This document shows positions 53,044 through 62,221 of a stretch of DNA of 64,000 nt, piece by piece. How positions within the stretch are numbered: the first letter of the stretch is position 1; every line of letters starts with the position of its first letter. The translations under genes and the position numbers were made by a program. The notes beneath the pieces were generated by a model, which saw nothing but the letters and a program-made list of their open reading frames with translations, had not been told where the DNA came from and ran no database searches. The stretch comes from Thermoanaerobaculia bacterium (GTDB lineage: Bacteria; Acidobacteriota; Thermoanaerobaculia; UBA5066): assembly GCA_038214715.1 (NCBI GenBank), contig JBBQRP010000017.1, positions 15,080-79,079 of the forward strand. Direction: 5' to 3'.

Positions 53044-54846
53044 TCAGCGTCCCGGAAAGTAGTCGCGCCAGCGCCTGTCGACGAGGGCCGCCGTCGCCGG
53101 ATCCGCTTCGACGACGCGCGGCATCCACGGCTTCGTCCGGGCGTCGATCACGACGGGCGGAGTGAACGCGACGTGATTGCGCACGACCGCCCGCCGTCCG
53201 TGGACGTCCGCCGCGGGCTCGAAGCGCGTGAACACGTTCCAGAGGAACGAGCGGTCGTCTTTCGCGGCGGCGGCCGCGTCGTCCGCGAGAACCACGAGAG
53301 GCCAGCCCGCGACCGCGGGGTCGCCCGCGAGGCGCTCGGCGAACCCACGATCGTCGGCGAAGGACGGTCCGGCGACGACGAGGGCTCCGGCGCAGAACGC
53401 CACGGCCGCACGCGCGCCCGCGGGGAGAGCGCCGCGGAAGTCCCTGGGGAGGTCCCGGATCGCGTCGCCGAGGCCGAGGAGCACGCCTTTGCTCCCTTCG
53501 TTCACGGCCGGGCCGGTGTAGTCGAGCGTGTCCATCGCGAGATTGCCGAAGAGGAAGAGGTCCGTCTCGAAACGGCAGCGCGCGAGGACGTGCTCGAAGA
53601 GGCCGCGGAAGTCGCGGAGGTCGCGCCTCGAATCGGTCACGATCAGGAACTTCGTCAGAGTGAGCTGGCCCTCCCCGAGGATGCGGAACGCGGAGCCCAT
53701 GGCCTCGCGCCGGTAGCGATCCTTCACGACCGCCGCCGCGAGCGAGTGGAACCCCGTGTCCCCATAGCTCCAGAGGTCCACGACCGACGGCATCACGAGC
53801 GGGAAGAGCGGGGAGAGAAGCTCCTGGAGGAAATCGCCGATGTAGAAGTCCTCCTGCCGCGGCTTGCCGACGACCGTCGCGGGAAAGATCGCGTCGCGGC
53901 GCCGGTACAGGCGGACCACGTCGAAGACGGGGTACTCGTGCTTCAGCGAGTAGTACCCGTAATGGTCGCCAAAGGGGCCCTCTGCCCGGCGCACCTTCGG
54001 CGCCACGGATCCGACAAGGGCGAACTCCGCGTCCGCGACGAGCCGGTGAGCGTGTCCGGGCACGCGCGTCATCGGAAGCCTGCTCCCGAGGAGCAGCGAG
54101 GCGACGAGGAGCTCGGGCAGACCCTCGGGAAGAGGCGCGATCGCCGCGAGGATCAGGGCCGGCGGCCCGCCGAGGAAGATCGTGAGCGGAAGGGCCTCGC
54201 CGCGGCTCTCCGCCTCGTGGTAGTGGAATCCGCCCCCCTTGCCGATCTGCCAATGTACGCCGGTCGTCTTCGGTCCGTGGATCTGGATCCGGTACATCCC
54301 GAGGTTCGACTCGTGCCGGTCGGGATGCTCCGTGTAGACGAGGGGCAGCGTCAGGAACGGGCCGCCGTCCCCGGGCCACTGCGTGAGCGCGGGCAGCCGC
54401 GTGAGGTCGGGCGCGCGCTCGACGACGTCGGTCACGGGGGCGCGGGACGCGTGCGACGTGCCGACGCGCAGCGCGTTCCCGAAGAAGGAGCGGAACTCCC
54501 AGAGCTTCGCTCGTGTCGGGGGCAGGAGCTCGACGGCCGCGCGCGCCGCCGTCTCGACGAACTCGCGCGGCTTCTTCCCGAACGCGAGCTCGAGGCGCTT
54601 CGCCGTTCCGAAGAGGTTCGTGACGACGGGGAAGTCCGCGCCCCTCGGGCGTTTGAAGAGCAGCGCGGGTCCGCCTTCCTCGATCACGCGGCGGTGGATC
54701 TCCGGGATCTCGAGCCGCGGGTCCGCCTCGGTCTCGACGACGGCGAGGTCGTTCTCCCTGCGGAGCGCCTCGAGGAATGCGCGAAGGTCTCTCAGGCGAA
54801 CTTGTCCGTCGCCGCGACGAGGGCGCGCGTGTTCGGGGGCTCCCAC
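53044..54846 (-). CDS. UbiD-family (prFMN-dependent) decarboxylase
   Basis: DLRAFLEAL...GGPALLFKRPRG, NLGMYR, HWQIGKGG and GPFGDHYGYY motifs. The start is either GTG at 54846 or, for a canonical N-terminus, CTG at 54795, which overlaps the pip stop as CTGA. Confidence 0.88.
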   Translation of the reverse strand: MGAPEHARPRRGDGQVRLRDLRAFLEALRRENDLAVVETEADPRLEIPEIHRRVIEEGGPALLFKRPRGADFPVVTNLFGTAKRLELAFGKKPREFVETAARAAVELLPPTRAKLWEFRSFFGNALRVGTSHASRAPVTDVVERAPDLTRLPALTQWPGDGGPFLTLPLVYTEHPDRHESNLGMYRIQIHGPKTTGVHWQIGKGGGFHYHEAESRGEALPLTIFLGGPPALILAAIAPLPEGLPELLVASLLLGSRLPMTRVPGHAHRLVADAEFALVGSVAPKVRRAEGPFGDHYGYYSLKHEYPVFDVVRLYRRRDAIFPATVVGKPRQEDFYIGDFLQELLSPLFPLVMPSVVDLWSYGDTGFHSLAAAVVKDRYRREAMGSAFRILGEGQLTLTKFLIVTDSRRDLRDFRGLFEHVLARCRFETDLFLFGNLAMDTLDYTGPAVNEGSKGVLLGLGDAIRDLPRDFRGALPAGARAAVAFCAGALVVAGPSFADDRGFAERLAGDPAVAGWPLVVLADDAAAAAKDDRSFLWNVFTRFEPAADVHGRRAVVRNHVAFTPPVVIDARTKPWMPRVVEADPATAALVDRRWRDYFPGR

Positions 54847-55769
54847 GCGCTGTGCCCCGCGTCCGGCGAGATCACGAAATCCGCCTCCGGCCACGCGCGA
54901 TGGAGCGCCCAGGCGCTGAAGATCGGGCAGACGACGTCGTAGCGGCCCTGGACGATCACGCCCGGGATGTGGCGGATCTTTCCCGCGTCCCTCAGTAACT
55001 GTCCGTCGAACTCCAAAAAGCCCTTGTTCGCGAAGTAGTGGGCCTCGATGCGTGCGAAGGCGAGCGCGAACTCGTTCTCCTCGTAATGCCCCGCGAACGA
55101 GGCGTCCGGGAGGAGCTTCGAGGTCGCTCCTTCCCAGCCGCTCCAGATCTTCGCCGCCGCGAGCCGCACGGCGGGGTCGTCGCTCGTGAGCCGCCGGTGG
55201 TACGCCGCCACGAGGTCGCCCCTCTCGCTTTCGGGAATGTGGGCGAGATACGGCTCCCATGCGTCCGGGAAGAGAATCGACGCACCCTCCTGGTAGAACC
55301 AGTCGATCTCTTTCCTGCGCAGGAGGAAGATCCCGCGAAGGACGAGCTCGGTCACGCGGTCAGGATGCTTCTCGGCGTACGCGAGGGCCAGCGTCGAGCC
55401 CCACGAGCCGCCGAAAACCTGCCAGCGGTCGATCCCGAGATGCGCGCGGAGCGTCTCGATGTCGGAGACGAGATCCCACGTCGTGTTCGCCTCGATGCTC
55501 GCGTACGGCGTGCTCTTTCCGCAGCCGCGCTGGTCGAAGAGGACGATGCGGTACTTCTCCGGGTGGAAGAAGCGGCGGACCTTCGGATCCGAGCCGCCTC
55601 CGGGTCCCCCGTGGAGGAACACGACGGGCTTCCCCTTCGGGTTTCCGCTTTCCTCGAAATACAGCTCGTGGACGGGCGAGACCCGGAGCCGCTCCACCCG
55701 GTAGGGCTCGACGGGGGGATAGAGCCAGCTGACGGGATCCTTTACCGGATGGGGCATGGGAACCTCCAC
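54792..55769 (-). CDS. pip: prolyl aminopeptidase (proline iminopeptidase, S33)
   Basis: 325 aa. VVFLHGGPGGG, FDQRGCGKS and nucleophile GGSWGSTLAL. Confidence 0.93.
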   Translation of the reverse strand: MEVPMPHPVKDPVSWLYPPVEPYRVERLRVSPVHELYFEESGNPKGKPVVFLHGGPGGGSDPKVRRFFHPEKYRIVLFDQRGCGKSTPYASIEANTTWDLVSDIETLRAHLGIDRWQVFGGSWGSTLALAYAEKHPDRVTELVLRGIFLLRRKEIDWFYQEGASILFPDAWEPYLAHIPESERGDLVAAYHRRLTSDDPAVRLAAAKIWSGWEGATSKLLPDASFAGHYEENEFALAFARIEAHYFANKGFLEFDGQLLRDAGKIRHIPGVIVQGRYDVVCPIFSAWALHRAWPEADFVISPDAGHSAWEPPNTRALVAATDKFA

Positions 55770-55803
55770 GGCCGCATCCTGCCAGAGTCGCGGGCGGCGT
55801 GCG

Positions 55804-56208
55804 TTACGTGTGGGAGACGCTGGCCGGAAGACGGGACAGGTCCGAGAGCCGGGTCCGTCTCAAAACGTCCAGGAAGTCCCGTCGCGCGGGTTCGAGGACG
55901 TCGCCCGCCGGGCCTTCCACCGGGGGAAACGCCCTCTCGATTCCGTCCCGCCTGTCGAGCGCGAGGGCGATGTCGGCGAGCGTGATGTCCGCCGCGGGAC
56001 GGCCGAGGACGAATCCGCCCCGTCTCCCGCGACGGCTCCGCAGGAGGCCGCGATCCGCGAGCCGGCTCAGCACTTTCGCGAGAAAAGGCCCGGGAACGCC
56101 CGCCGCCTCCGCGAGCTCCGCGACGCCCCTTCCGGCGCCGCTCGCGCCCCTCGGATCGAGGAAAGGAAGCGCGGCCAGCGCGACCTCCTGGGCGCGGCTG
56201 AAGAACAC
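55804..56208 (-). CDS. Rrf2-family transcriptional regulator
   Basis: 134 aa. Winged HTH region VAELAEAAGVPGPFLAKVLSRLADRGLLRSRRGRRGGFVL. Confidence 0.85.
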   Translation of the reverse strand: MFFSRAQEVALAALPFLDPRGASGAGRGVAELAEAAGVPGPFLAKVLSRLADRGLLRSRRGRRGGFVLGRPAADITLADIALALDRRDGIERAFPPVEGPAGDVLEPARRDFLDVLRRTRLSDLSRLPASVSHT

Positions 56209-56212
56209 GCGC

Positions 56213-56632
56213 TCAGGCGCCGATGAGGTGCCGGTACTGCTCGTCGGTCAGGGGGACGACGGAGAGGCGCCCGATTCTCGCGAGAGGCGAGGTCGCGAAG
56301 AGCTTCTGCGACTTGATCGAGGAGAGCGGAATGGGCGAGGCGAGGGGCTTTCCCGCCGCGATCACCACGATGGGGTCCGTCGGGCTCTTGGGGTCCGTGT
56401 CGGCGGAGACGACCGTCGCGAGGCCGACCGCGGCTTTCACGTCGCCCGTGTGGTAGATGACGAGACGGTCGCCTTTTTTCGTCGAGAGAAGGTGCCGGAT
56501 CGCGGTCGGGTTCTTCACGCCCGACCAGACCGTCTGTTTCTCTCTTACGAGGTCGTCGAAGGAGTAGTCGGAGGGCTCTGTCTTGAGGAGGAAGTTCGCC
56601 ACGGGACGGAATTGTACCGGTCCCCGGGGCAA
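56213..56632 (-). CDS. EVE (PUA-like) domain protein
   Basis: NFLLKTEPSDYSFDDL...WSGVKNPTAIRHL...GDRLVIYHTG is typical of EVE/ASCH-like PUA proteins. GTG at 56602 is an alternative start. Confidence 0.83.
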   Translation of the reverse strand: MPRGPVQFRPVANFLLKTEPSDYSFDDLVREKQTVWSGVKNPTAIRHLLSTKKGDRLVIYHTGDVKAAVGLATVVSADTDPKSPTDPIVVIAAGKPLASPIPLSSIKSQKLFATSPLARIGRLSVVPLTDEQYRHLIGA

Positions 56633-56648
56633 AACCGCGGTGCCCTTC

Positions 56649-57827
56649 TCAGCCGACCTGCCGGAGCGCGTTCGTGATCTTCGTGAAGGCCGCCCGGCCG
56701 GCCGGAAAGAGGCCGCCGAAGAAGCCCATCAGGAGGGAGAAGAGGATGCCGATCCCGAAGAGCTGGGGGGTCAGGCGGAACGCGAAGACGACCTCCGAGA
56801 ATGTCGCGAAATTCGTGGTCCCCGTGACGCCCGAGAGCGCGAGCTTCACCGCGAGCCACCCGAGGGCGCAGCCGAGGAGGCCGCCGAGGAGCGCGAGGCA
56901 CAGCGACTCGAAGACGAAGGAGAGAAGCACCGAGAGGCGGGAGAAGCCCAGGGCGCGGAGGGTCGCGATCTCCCGCGTGCGGGCGGCGACGGCCGCGTAC
57001 ATCGTATTCATCGCCCCGAAGCACGCGCCGATCGCCATGACGATCCCGACGAAGAAGCCCAGGAACTTGATCGGCGCGGCCGTGGAGGTCTGGTCGTCGT
57101 AGTACTTCCGCTCGACCTTCCCCTCGAGGGCGAGGCGGGCGTCGCCCGCGAGGCCCGCCTGGAACTGGTCGCGGGCGGCCCGGCCCGCGGTCTTCGCGAG
57201 GACGGACGAATAGCCGTTGCGCTTGAAGTCCGTGATCATGCCCTCGACGTCGGTCCAGATCTCGCTGTCGGGCGCGGTTCCGCCCGCGTCGAAGAGGCCG
57301 ACGACGGTCCAGCGATAGGCGCCGAACTTGATCGTCTCGCCCATCGCGCAGTTCCGGAACCGGCTCGAGACGCTGCGTGAGACGACGACCTCGGACTTCC
57401 CGGCCGTGAACCACCGGCCCTCCACGAGCGTAAGCCCGGGCCGGAGCTTCATGCCCTTCTCGCCGACGCCGCGGATCGTCACGTTCGAGGACCCGCCGTC
57501 GCGCTTCTCGAGATTGAGGACGACGACGAGCTCGGCCGACGCGAGGGGCTTGCCGTCCGCGTCGGGCGAGATTCCCGGAAGCGTCAGGATGAGCGGCACC
57601 TGGTCCCGCGAGATCCCGGACTGCAGCTCGGACTGCGAGTTCTGGCGAAGGACGAGGACGTTGTTCTCGGAGCCCGACGCCGCGAAGACGTGGGTGAGCC
57701 CCTCGCCGAGCGCCATGACGGAGAGAAAGACCGCGACGACGAGGCCGATCCCGAGCACGGTCAGCCCGGTCGTCACCTTCCTCACGAAAAGATTCCGGAT
57801 GTTGTATTTCAGCGGGATTCCGAGCAT
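56649..57827 (-). CDS. ABC transporter permease, FtsX/MacB-type (divergent third copy)
   Basis: I trimmed track ORF 56649..57935 to ATG at 57827 (MLGIPLKYNIRNLFVRK). N-terminal TM helix, large periplasmic domain, three C-terminal TM helices with REIATLRALGFS. Confidence 0.88.
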   Translation of the reverse strand: MLGIPLKYNIRNLFVRKVTTGLTVLGIGLVVAVFLSVMALGEGLTHVFAASGSENNVLVLRQNSQSELQSGISRDQVPLILTLPGISPDADGKPLASAELVVVLNLEKRDGGSSNVTIRGVGEKGMKLRPGLTLVEGRWFTAGKSEVVVSRSVSSRFRNCAMGETIKFGAYRWTVVGLFDAGGTAPDSEIWTDVEGMITDFKRNGYSSVLAKTAGRAARDQFQAGLAGDARLALEGKVERKYYDDQTSTAAPIKFLGFFVGIVMAIGACFGAMNTMYAAVAARTREIATLRALGFSRLSVLLSFVFESLCLALLGGLLGCALGWLAVKLALSGVTGTTNFATFSEVVFAFRLTPQLFGIGILFSLLMGFFGGLFPAGRAAFTKITNALRQVG

Positions 57828-57837
57828 TCGGTGCCTT

Positions 57838-58998
57838 TCATCCGACCTGGCGGAGGCCGTCTGTGATCGAGCGTTGCGCGGAGCGGACCGCCGGAACGAT
57901 CCCGGCGACGAGTCCGACGAAGACGGCGACGCCAAACCCGGCGGCGAGGACGGACGGAAACAGCTTCATTCCGGCCGCGAAGCCCGCCATCTGGGTGTTC
58001 ATGAGCCCCGCCCGGAATCCCGGGAACGTGAGGGCGAAGAACGCGATGCCGAAGACTCCGCCGAAAAGCGAGAGGAGGAGGCTCTCCCCCAGAATCATCC
58101 CCAGGATCGTCCCCTTCTGGAATCCGAGGGTCCGGAGGACGGCGATCTCGTTCACGCGCTCGCGCGCGGCCATCGCCATCGTATTGGCCGCGATGAGGAG
58201 GATCACGAAGACGATGGCCGTGCAGATCCCGGTCAGCATGAGCTTCACGTTGCCGAGCATCGACACGAAGCCGTTCTGGAATTCCTTCTCGGTCTCGGTC
58301 TTCGTCGGCGGATCGGCGTTCTCGAAGAGCGCGTCGATCTGCTTCGGGAGCCGGTCGACGGCCTCCGCGGAATGCGCCTTGATGTAAAACGTTCCGATGC
58401 GGCCCTTGATGCGGGGAAGCGCCTCCTCGACGTATTTCCAGTTGAAGAAGAGCGCCGACGAGTTGTCCGCCGCATAGATCCCACGGATCGTGAGGTCGAG
58501 CGTCACGGGATAGATGTCTCCGGTCAGGGCTATTCTCTGCCCGACTCTCCACCCGTATTTCTTCGCCAGAGCCTCACCGACGAGGGCCCCGGATCGGTCG
58601 GAGAACCAGTCCGCGGCGGACCCCTCACGGATCGTCGCCTCGTCGAATACCTTGAGAAACTTCTCGGGCTCCACTCCGAACCGGGCGAACTGGTTCTTCG
58701 CGGAGTAGTCGATGTACTTGCCGCCGAACCAGCACCAGATCGACATCTCGTCGATGCCTCCGAGCTGGAAGATGCGCTCGCGATACGCCTCGGGAATGAA
58801 GTTCGCGAGCGACACCTTGTGCCGAACGACGAGCCGATACATTCCCCTTCCGTCCGCCGGGGCTCCCGAGAGTGTCCTGAGGAGCGTGCCCATGACACAG
58901 ATCACGAAGAGCGGCAGGAGGATCGAGCCAAGGGTCAGAAGGGAGCGCGTCTTTTTCCGAAACAGGTTTTTGAAGACGAACGGGAAGAATTTCATCAC
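57838..58998 (-). CDS. ABC transporter permease, FtsX/MacB-type
   Basis: 386 aa. FVFKNLFRKKTRS and RERVNEIAVLRTLGFQ. Close paralog of the next gene. Confidence 0.9.
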   Translation of the reverse strand: MMKFFPFVFKNLFRKKTRSLLTLGSILLPLFVICVMGTLLRTLSGAPADGRGMYRLVVRHKVSLANFIPEAYRERIFQLGGIDEMSIWCWFGGKYIDYSAKNQFARFGVEPEKFLKVFDEATIREGSAADWFSDRSGALVGEALAKKYGWRVGQRIALTGDIYPVTLDLTIRGIYAADNSSALFFNWKYVEEALPRIKGRIGTFYIKAHSAEAVDRLPKQIDALFENADPPTKTETEKEFQNGFVSMLGNVKLMLTGICTAIVFVILLIAANTMAMAARERVNEIAVLRTLGFQKGTILGMILGESLLLSLFGGVFGIAFFALTFPGFRAGLMNTQMAGFAAGMKLFPSVLAAGFGVAVFVGLVAGIVPAVRSAQRSITDGLRQVG

Positions 58999-60164
58999 GC
59001 CACCTCCCTGAGGCCGTCGACGATGGAGCGCTGCGAGGATCGGACGGCGGGCACGACGCCCGCCACGAGCCCGATGCCGACCGTCACGAGGAACGCGAAG
59101 AGAAGGATACCGGGATAGAGGCTGAATCCGGCCGCGAAGGTCCCGAGGGGCGTCGTCATGAGCCCGCGCTTGATCGTGGGCTCGATCACCATGAAAACCG
59201 CGACACCGAGGAGTCCTCCCAGAACCGCCACGAGGACGCTCTCCAGAAGGATCATCTCCAGGATCGCGCCCTTCGAAAATCCGAGCGTGCGCATCACGGC
59301 GATCTCCGTCACACGCTCGCGCGCCGCCATCGCCATCGTGTTCGCCGCGATGAGGAGGATGACGAAAATGATGATGATGCCGATGGACGTGACGAGCATC
59401 TTCACGTTGCCCACGAGCGACATGAAAGACATCTGGAACGCCTTCTCGGTCTCGGTCTTCGTCGGGTACGACGAGTTCTCGAACATGCGGTCGATCGTAT
59501 CGATGAGGGAGGTCGCGGCCCGGGCGTCTTTCGCCTTGGTCCAGATCATCCCGAGCGTCGAGCCGAAGCGGGGAGAAGCCTCCTCGAGGTATTTCCGGTT
59601 GAAGTGCAGGGACGCCCCGCTGCCGTCCGGGATCTGGTAGATCGCGCGCACGTTGAGCTCGAGGGTCACGGGCCAGATGTCTCCCCGGAGAACGACCTTG
59701 TCGCCGACCTTGAGCCCGAGCTTCGCCGCGAGGTTGTCTCCGACGATGCAGCCGGCGCGGTCGGCGTACCAGTCGGTCTTCGAGCCCGCGAGAATGGCGG
59801 CGTCGTCGAAGACCTGGAAGAAGGCCTCGGGCTCGACCGCGAATCGCGAGAAAATCGTCTTCACGCCGCCGTCGCCGTACTTGCCGCCGAACCAGTCCAG
59901 CTCCGTCGCCGCGACGACACCCGGAAGCTGCCGGACCTTGTCGAGGTAGGCGTGCGGGAGGAAATTCGCGAGCGAGACCTTGTGCCGCGTGACGAGCCGG
60001 AACATTCCGCGCGTGGCACCGGGGTCCGGCCTGTCGAGCGCGCGAAGGAACGTCCCGAGCAGGCAGATGACGAGGAGCGGGAGGACGATCGACCCGACGG
60101 TCAGGAGCGTCCGCGTTTTCTTGCGGAATGCGTTCTTCAGGACGAGCGGGAGGAACTTCAACAA
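58995..60164 (-). CDS. ABC transporter permease, FtsX/MacB-type
   Basis: 389 aa. LVLKNAFRKKTRT and RERVTEIAVMRTLGFS. Its stop overlaps the next start as GTGA. Confidence 0.9.
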   Translation of the reverse strand: MLKFLPLVLKNAFRKKTRTLLTVGSIVLPLLVICLLGTFLRALDRPDPGATRGMFRLVTRHKVSLANFLPHAYLDKVRQLPGVVAATELDWFGGKYGDGGVKTIFSRFAVEPEAFFQVFDDAAILAGSKTDWYADRAGCIVGDNLAAKLGLKVGDKVVLRGDIWPVTLELNVRAIYQIPDGSGASLHFNRKYLEEASPRFGSTLGMIWTKAKDARAATSLIDTIDRMFENSSYPTKTETEKAFQMSFMSLVGNVKMLVTSIGIIIIFVILLIAANTMAMAARERVTEIAVMRTLGFSKGAILEMILLESVLVAVLGGLLGVAVFMVIEPTIKRGLMTTPLGTFAAGFSLYPGILLFAFLVTVGIGLVAGVVPAVRSSQRSIVDGLREVA

Positions 60165-60191
60165 GTTGAGCGCGATGTCCGTCGCGCGGGA

Positions 60192-60956
60192 CTAGGTGGA
60201 CGAAGCGGAGACGGCCGCGGCCATCCCGACGGCTTTTCCGCGTTCGGCGTGAACGTCTTCCTTCAAGACTCCCTTGTCGAGGTGGACGAGCCGGTGGGCC
60301 CGCGAGGCGGCCTTCGGGTCGTGCGTGACCATGACGATCGTCTTCTTGAATTCGGCGTTGAGGCGTTCCATCAGGACGAGAATCTCCTCGCCGGCCTTCG
60401 AGTCGAGGTCACCGGTTGGCTCGTCGGCGACGAGGAGCTTCGGATCGGTCGCGATCGCGCGTGCGATGGCGACGCGCTGCTCCTGTCCGCCCGAGAGCTG
60501 CCTCGGATAGTGGTCCATGCGGTCCGCGAGGCCCACGACGGAGAGGGCGAGCTCGGCCTGCTTCCTCCGACGGGCGCGGTTCAGGCTCGTGAGGAGGAGC
60601 GGCAGCTCGACGTTCTCGAACGCGGTGAGGACCGGCACGAGGTTGTAGAGCTGAAAGATGAACCCGACGTTCGCGCTGCGCCACTTCGCGAGCGCGGCCT
60701 CGCTCATCGCGGAAACCTGCTTGTCGCCCACGAGGATCGTGCCCGACGTCGGGCGGTCGATGCCGGCGATGAGGTTGAGGAGCGTGGTCTTGCCGGAACC
60801 CGACGGGCCCATCAGCGCGACGAAGTCGCCCTCGTCGACGGACAGCGACAGGTTGTCGAGCACGGTGAGGACCTGCGTGTCGCGCGTGTACTGCTTCACG
60901 AGCGAGTCGATGCGAATGAGAGTCGTTCCAGGCGGGGCAGGCGAAGCGGAACTCAT
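60192..60956 (-). CDS. ABC transporter ATP-binding protein (MacB/LolD-like)
   Basis: Walker [11 protein letters not shown]-loop, signature [14 protein letters not shown], Walker [13 protein letters not shown]. Confidence 0.95.
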   Translation of the reverse strand: MSSASPAPPGTTLIRIDSLVKQYTRDTQVLTVLDNLSLSVDEGDFVALMGPSGSGKTTLLNLIAGIDRPTSGTILVGDKQVSAMSEAALAKWRSANVGFIFQLYNLVPVLTAFENVELPLLLTSLNRARRRKQAELALSVVGLADRMDHYPRQLSGGQEQRVAIARAIATDPKLLVADEPTGDLDSKAGEEILVLMERLNAEFKKTIVMVTHDPKAASRAHRLVHLDKGVLKEDVHAERGKAVGMAAAVSASST

Positions 60957-60973
60957 GATTCTCCTTCCGGAAG

Positions 60974-62179
60974 TCAGTCTTTTTTCGTTCGGATTTTCTG
61001 GTCGGCGCGCCAGGTGTGTCCGGCCGCCCCGGCATCGGCCACGATCTCCTCGCCCCCGGAGAGGCCGGAGGTCACCTCGACCTGCGCGCCGGCGGGGGCG
61101 CCGACGGCAAGAGCCTTGAACGTGGCCCTTTCGTTCGCGACGAGGAGGACGCCCTTTTCCCCGCCGAGCTCGACGACGGAGGCCGAGGGCACCATCACCT
61201 TCGGCTTCGCCCTCTCGTCGACCTTCGCCTCGGGGTTCAGGAAGACGACGCGGCAGGACATCTCGGGGAGCACCTTCGCGTCCTTGTCGAGGAGCTCGAT
61301 CTTCACCTTGACCGAACCCTTCTGGCGGTCGGCGGTGGGGACGATCTGGCGGAGCCTCGCCTTGTACGGCTTGTCCGGATACGCGTCGAGGGCCACCTCG
61401 GCCGGCTGGGAGAGCGTGAGCTTTCCGACGTTCTGCTCGTTGATGTCAGCCTCCATCTCGAGGGAGGAGAGGTCGACGATCACGGCGAACGTCGCCCCGG
61501 CCGATCCGGCCCCGCCGAATCCCTGCGGCGCCACGGTCTCGCCGAGGAACGCCTTTTTGACGGTGACGACGCCGTCGATCGGCGCGTAGATCTCGGCGTT
61601 CTTGATCTGCTCCTCGAAGTAGTGCGCCTGCGCCTCGTAGGAAGCGACCTGCGCCGTGAAGGCCTTCACCTGCGAATCCGCCGTGTCGAGCGCCTGCTGG
61701 GTGCCGATCTTCTCGTCCACCATCTGCTTCGCGCGCTTGAGCTCGAGGCGCGCGTTCTGGAGCTGCGCGAGCGTCTGGTCGCGCTGGGCGAGCGAGGAGT
61801 TCTTCTGCGCGACGAGCTCCTGGGCCTCGAGGCGCGCGACGAGCTCGCCCCTTTTCACCCTCTGGCCTTCCTCGAGGTTGATCCAGGCGATTCGCCCGAC
61901 CGACTTCGGGGAGATTTCGGCCTTCGAGCGCGCGACGATGTAGCCGGACGCCGTCAGCACGGTCGACGCCTGCGTCGGCGTGACGACGGAAGCGCGGGTC
62001 GTCGCGACTTCGGGCGCGCGAAGCGTGACGCCCCCGCGCGAGCGCACGAGGAACACGATCGCCACGGCGGCCACGCAGAGGGTCGCGAGCGCGGGATAGA
62101 GGAAACGCCGTCCTCCCGGCCCGGTCTCACGTTCGATGCGAAGGGCCGACAGATCGGCCGACTTGTTCAGGGGGTCCAT
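60974..62179 (-). CDS. efflux periplasmic adaptor (membrane fusion protein, HlyD/MacA-like)
   Basis: 401 aa. N-terminal TM helix, coiled-coil hairpin (LEAQELVAQKNSSLAQRDQTLAQLQNARLELKRAKQM), lipoyl and beta-barrel segments. Confidence 0.9.
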   Translation of the reverse strand: MDPLNKSADLSALRIERETGPGGRRFLYPALATLCVAAVAIVFLVRSRGGVTLRAPEVATTRASVVTPTQASTVLTASGYIVARSKAEISPKSVGRIAWINLEEGQRVKRGELVARLEAQELVAQKNSSLAQRDQTLAQLQNARLELKRAKQMVDEKIGTQQALDTADSQVKAFTAQVASYEAQAHYFEEQIKNAEIYAPIDGVVTVKKAFLGETVAPQGFGGAGSAGATFAVIVDLSSLEMEADINEQNVGKLTLSQPAEVALDAYPDKPYKARLRQIVPTADRQKGSVKVKIELLDKDAKVLPEMSCRVVFLNPEAKVDERAKPKVMVPSASVVELGGEKGVLLVANERATFKALAVGAPAGAQVEVTSGLSGGEEIVADAGAAGHTWRADQKIRTKKD

Positions 62180-62221
62180 GGAGGCGTCACTTTACCGAAT
62201 CTCTGTACGGGCGGCGCGACC

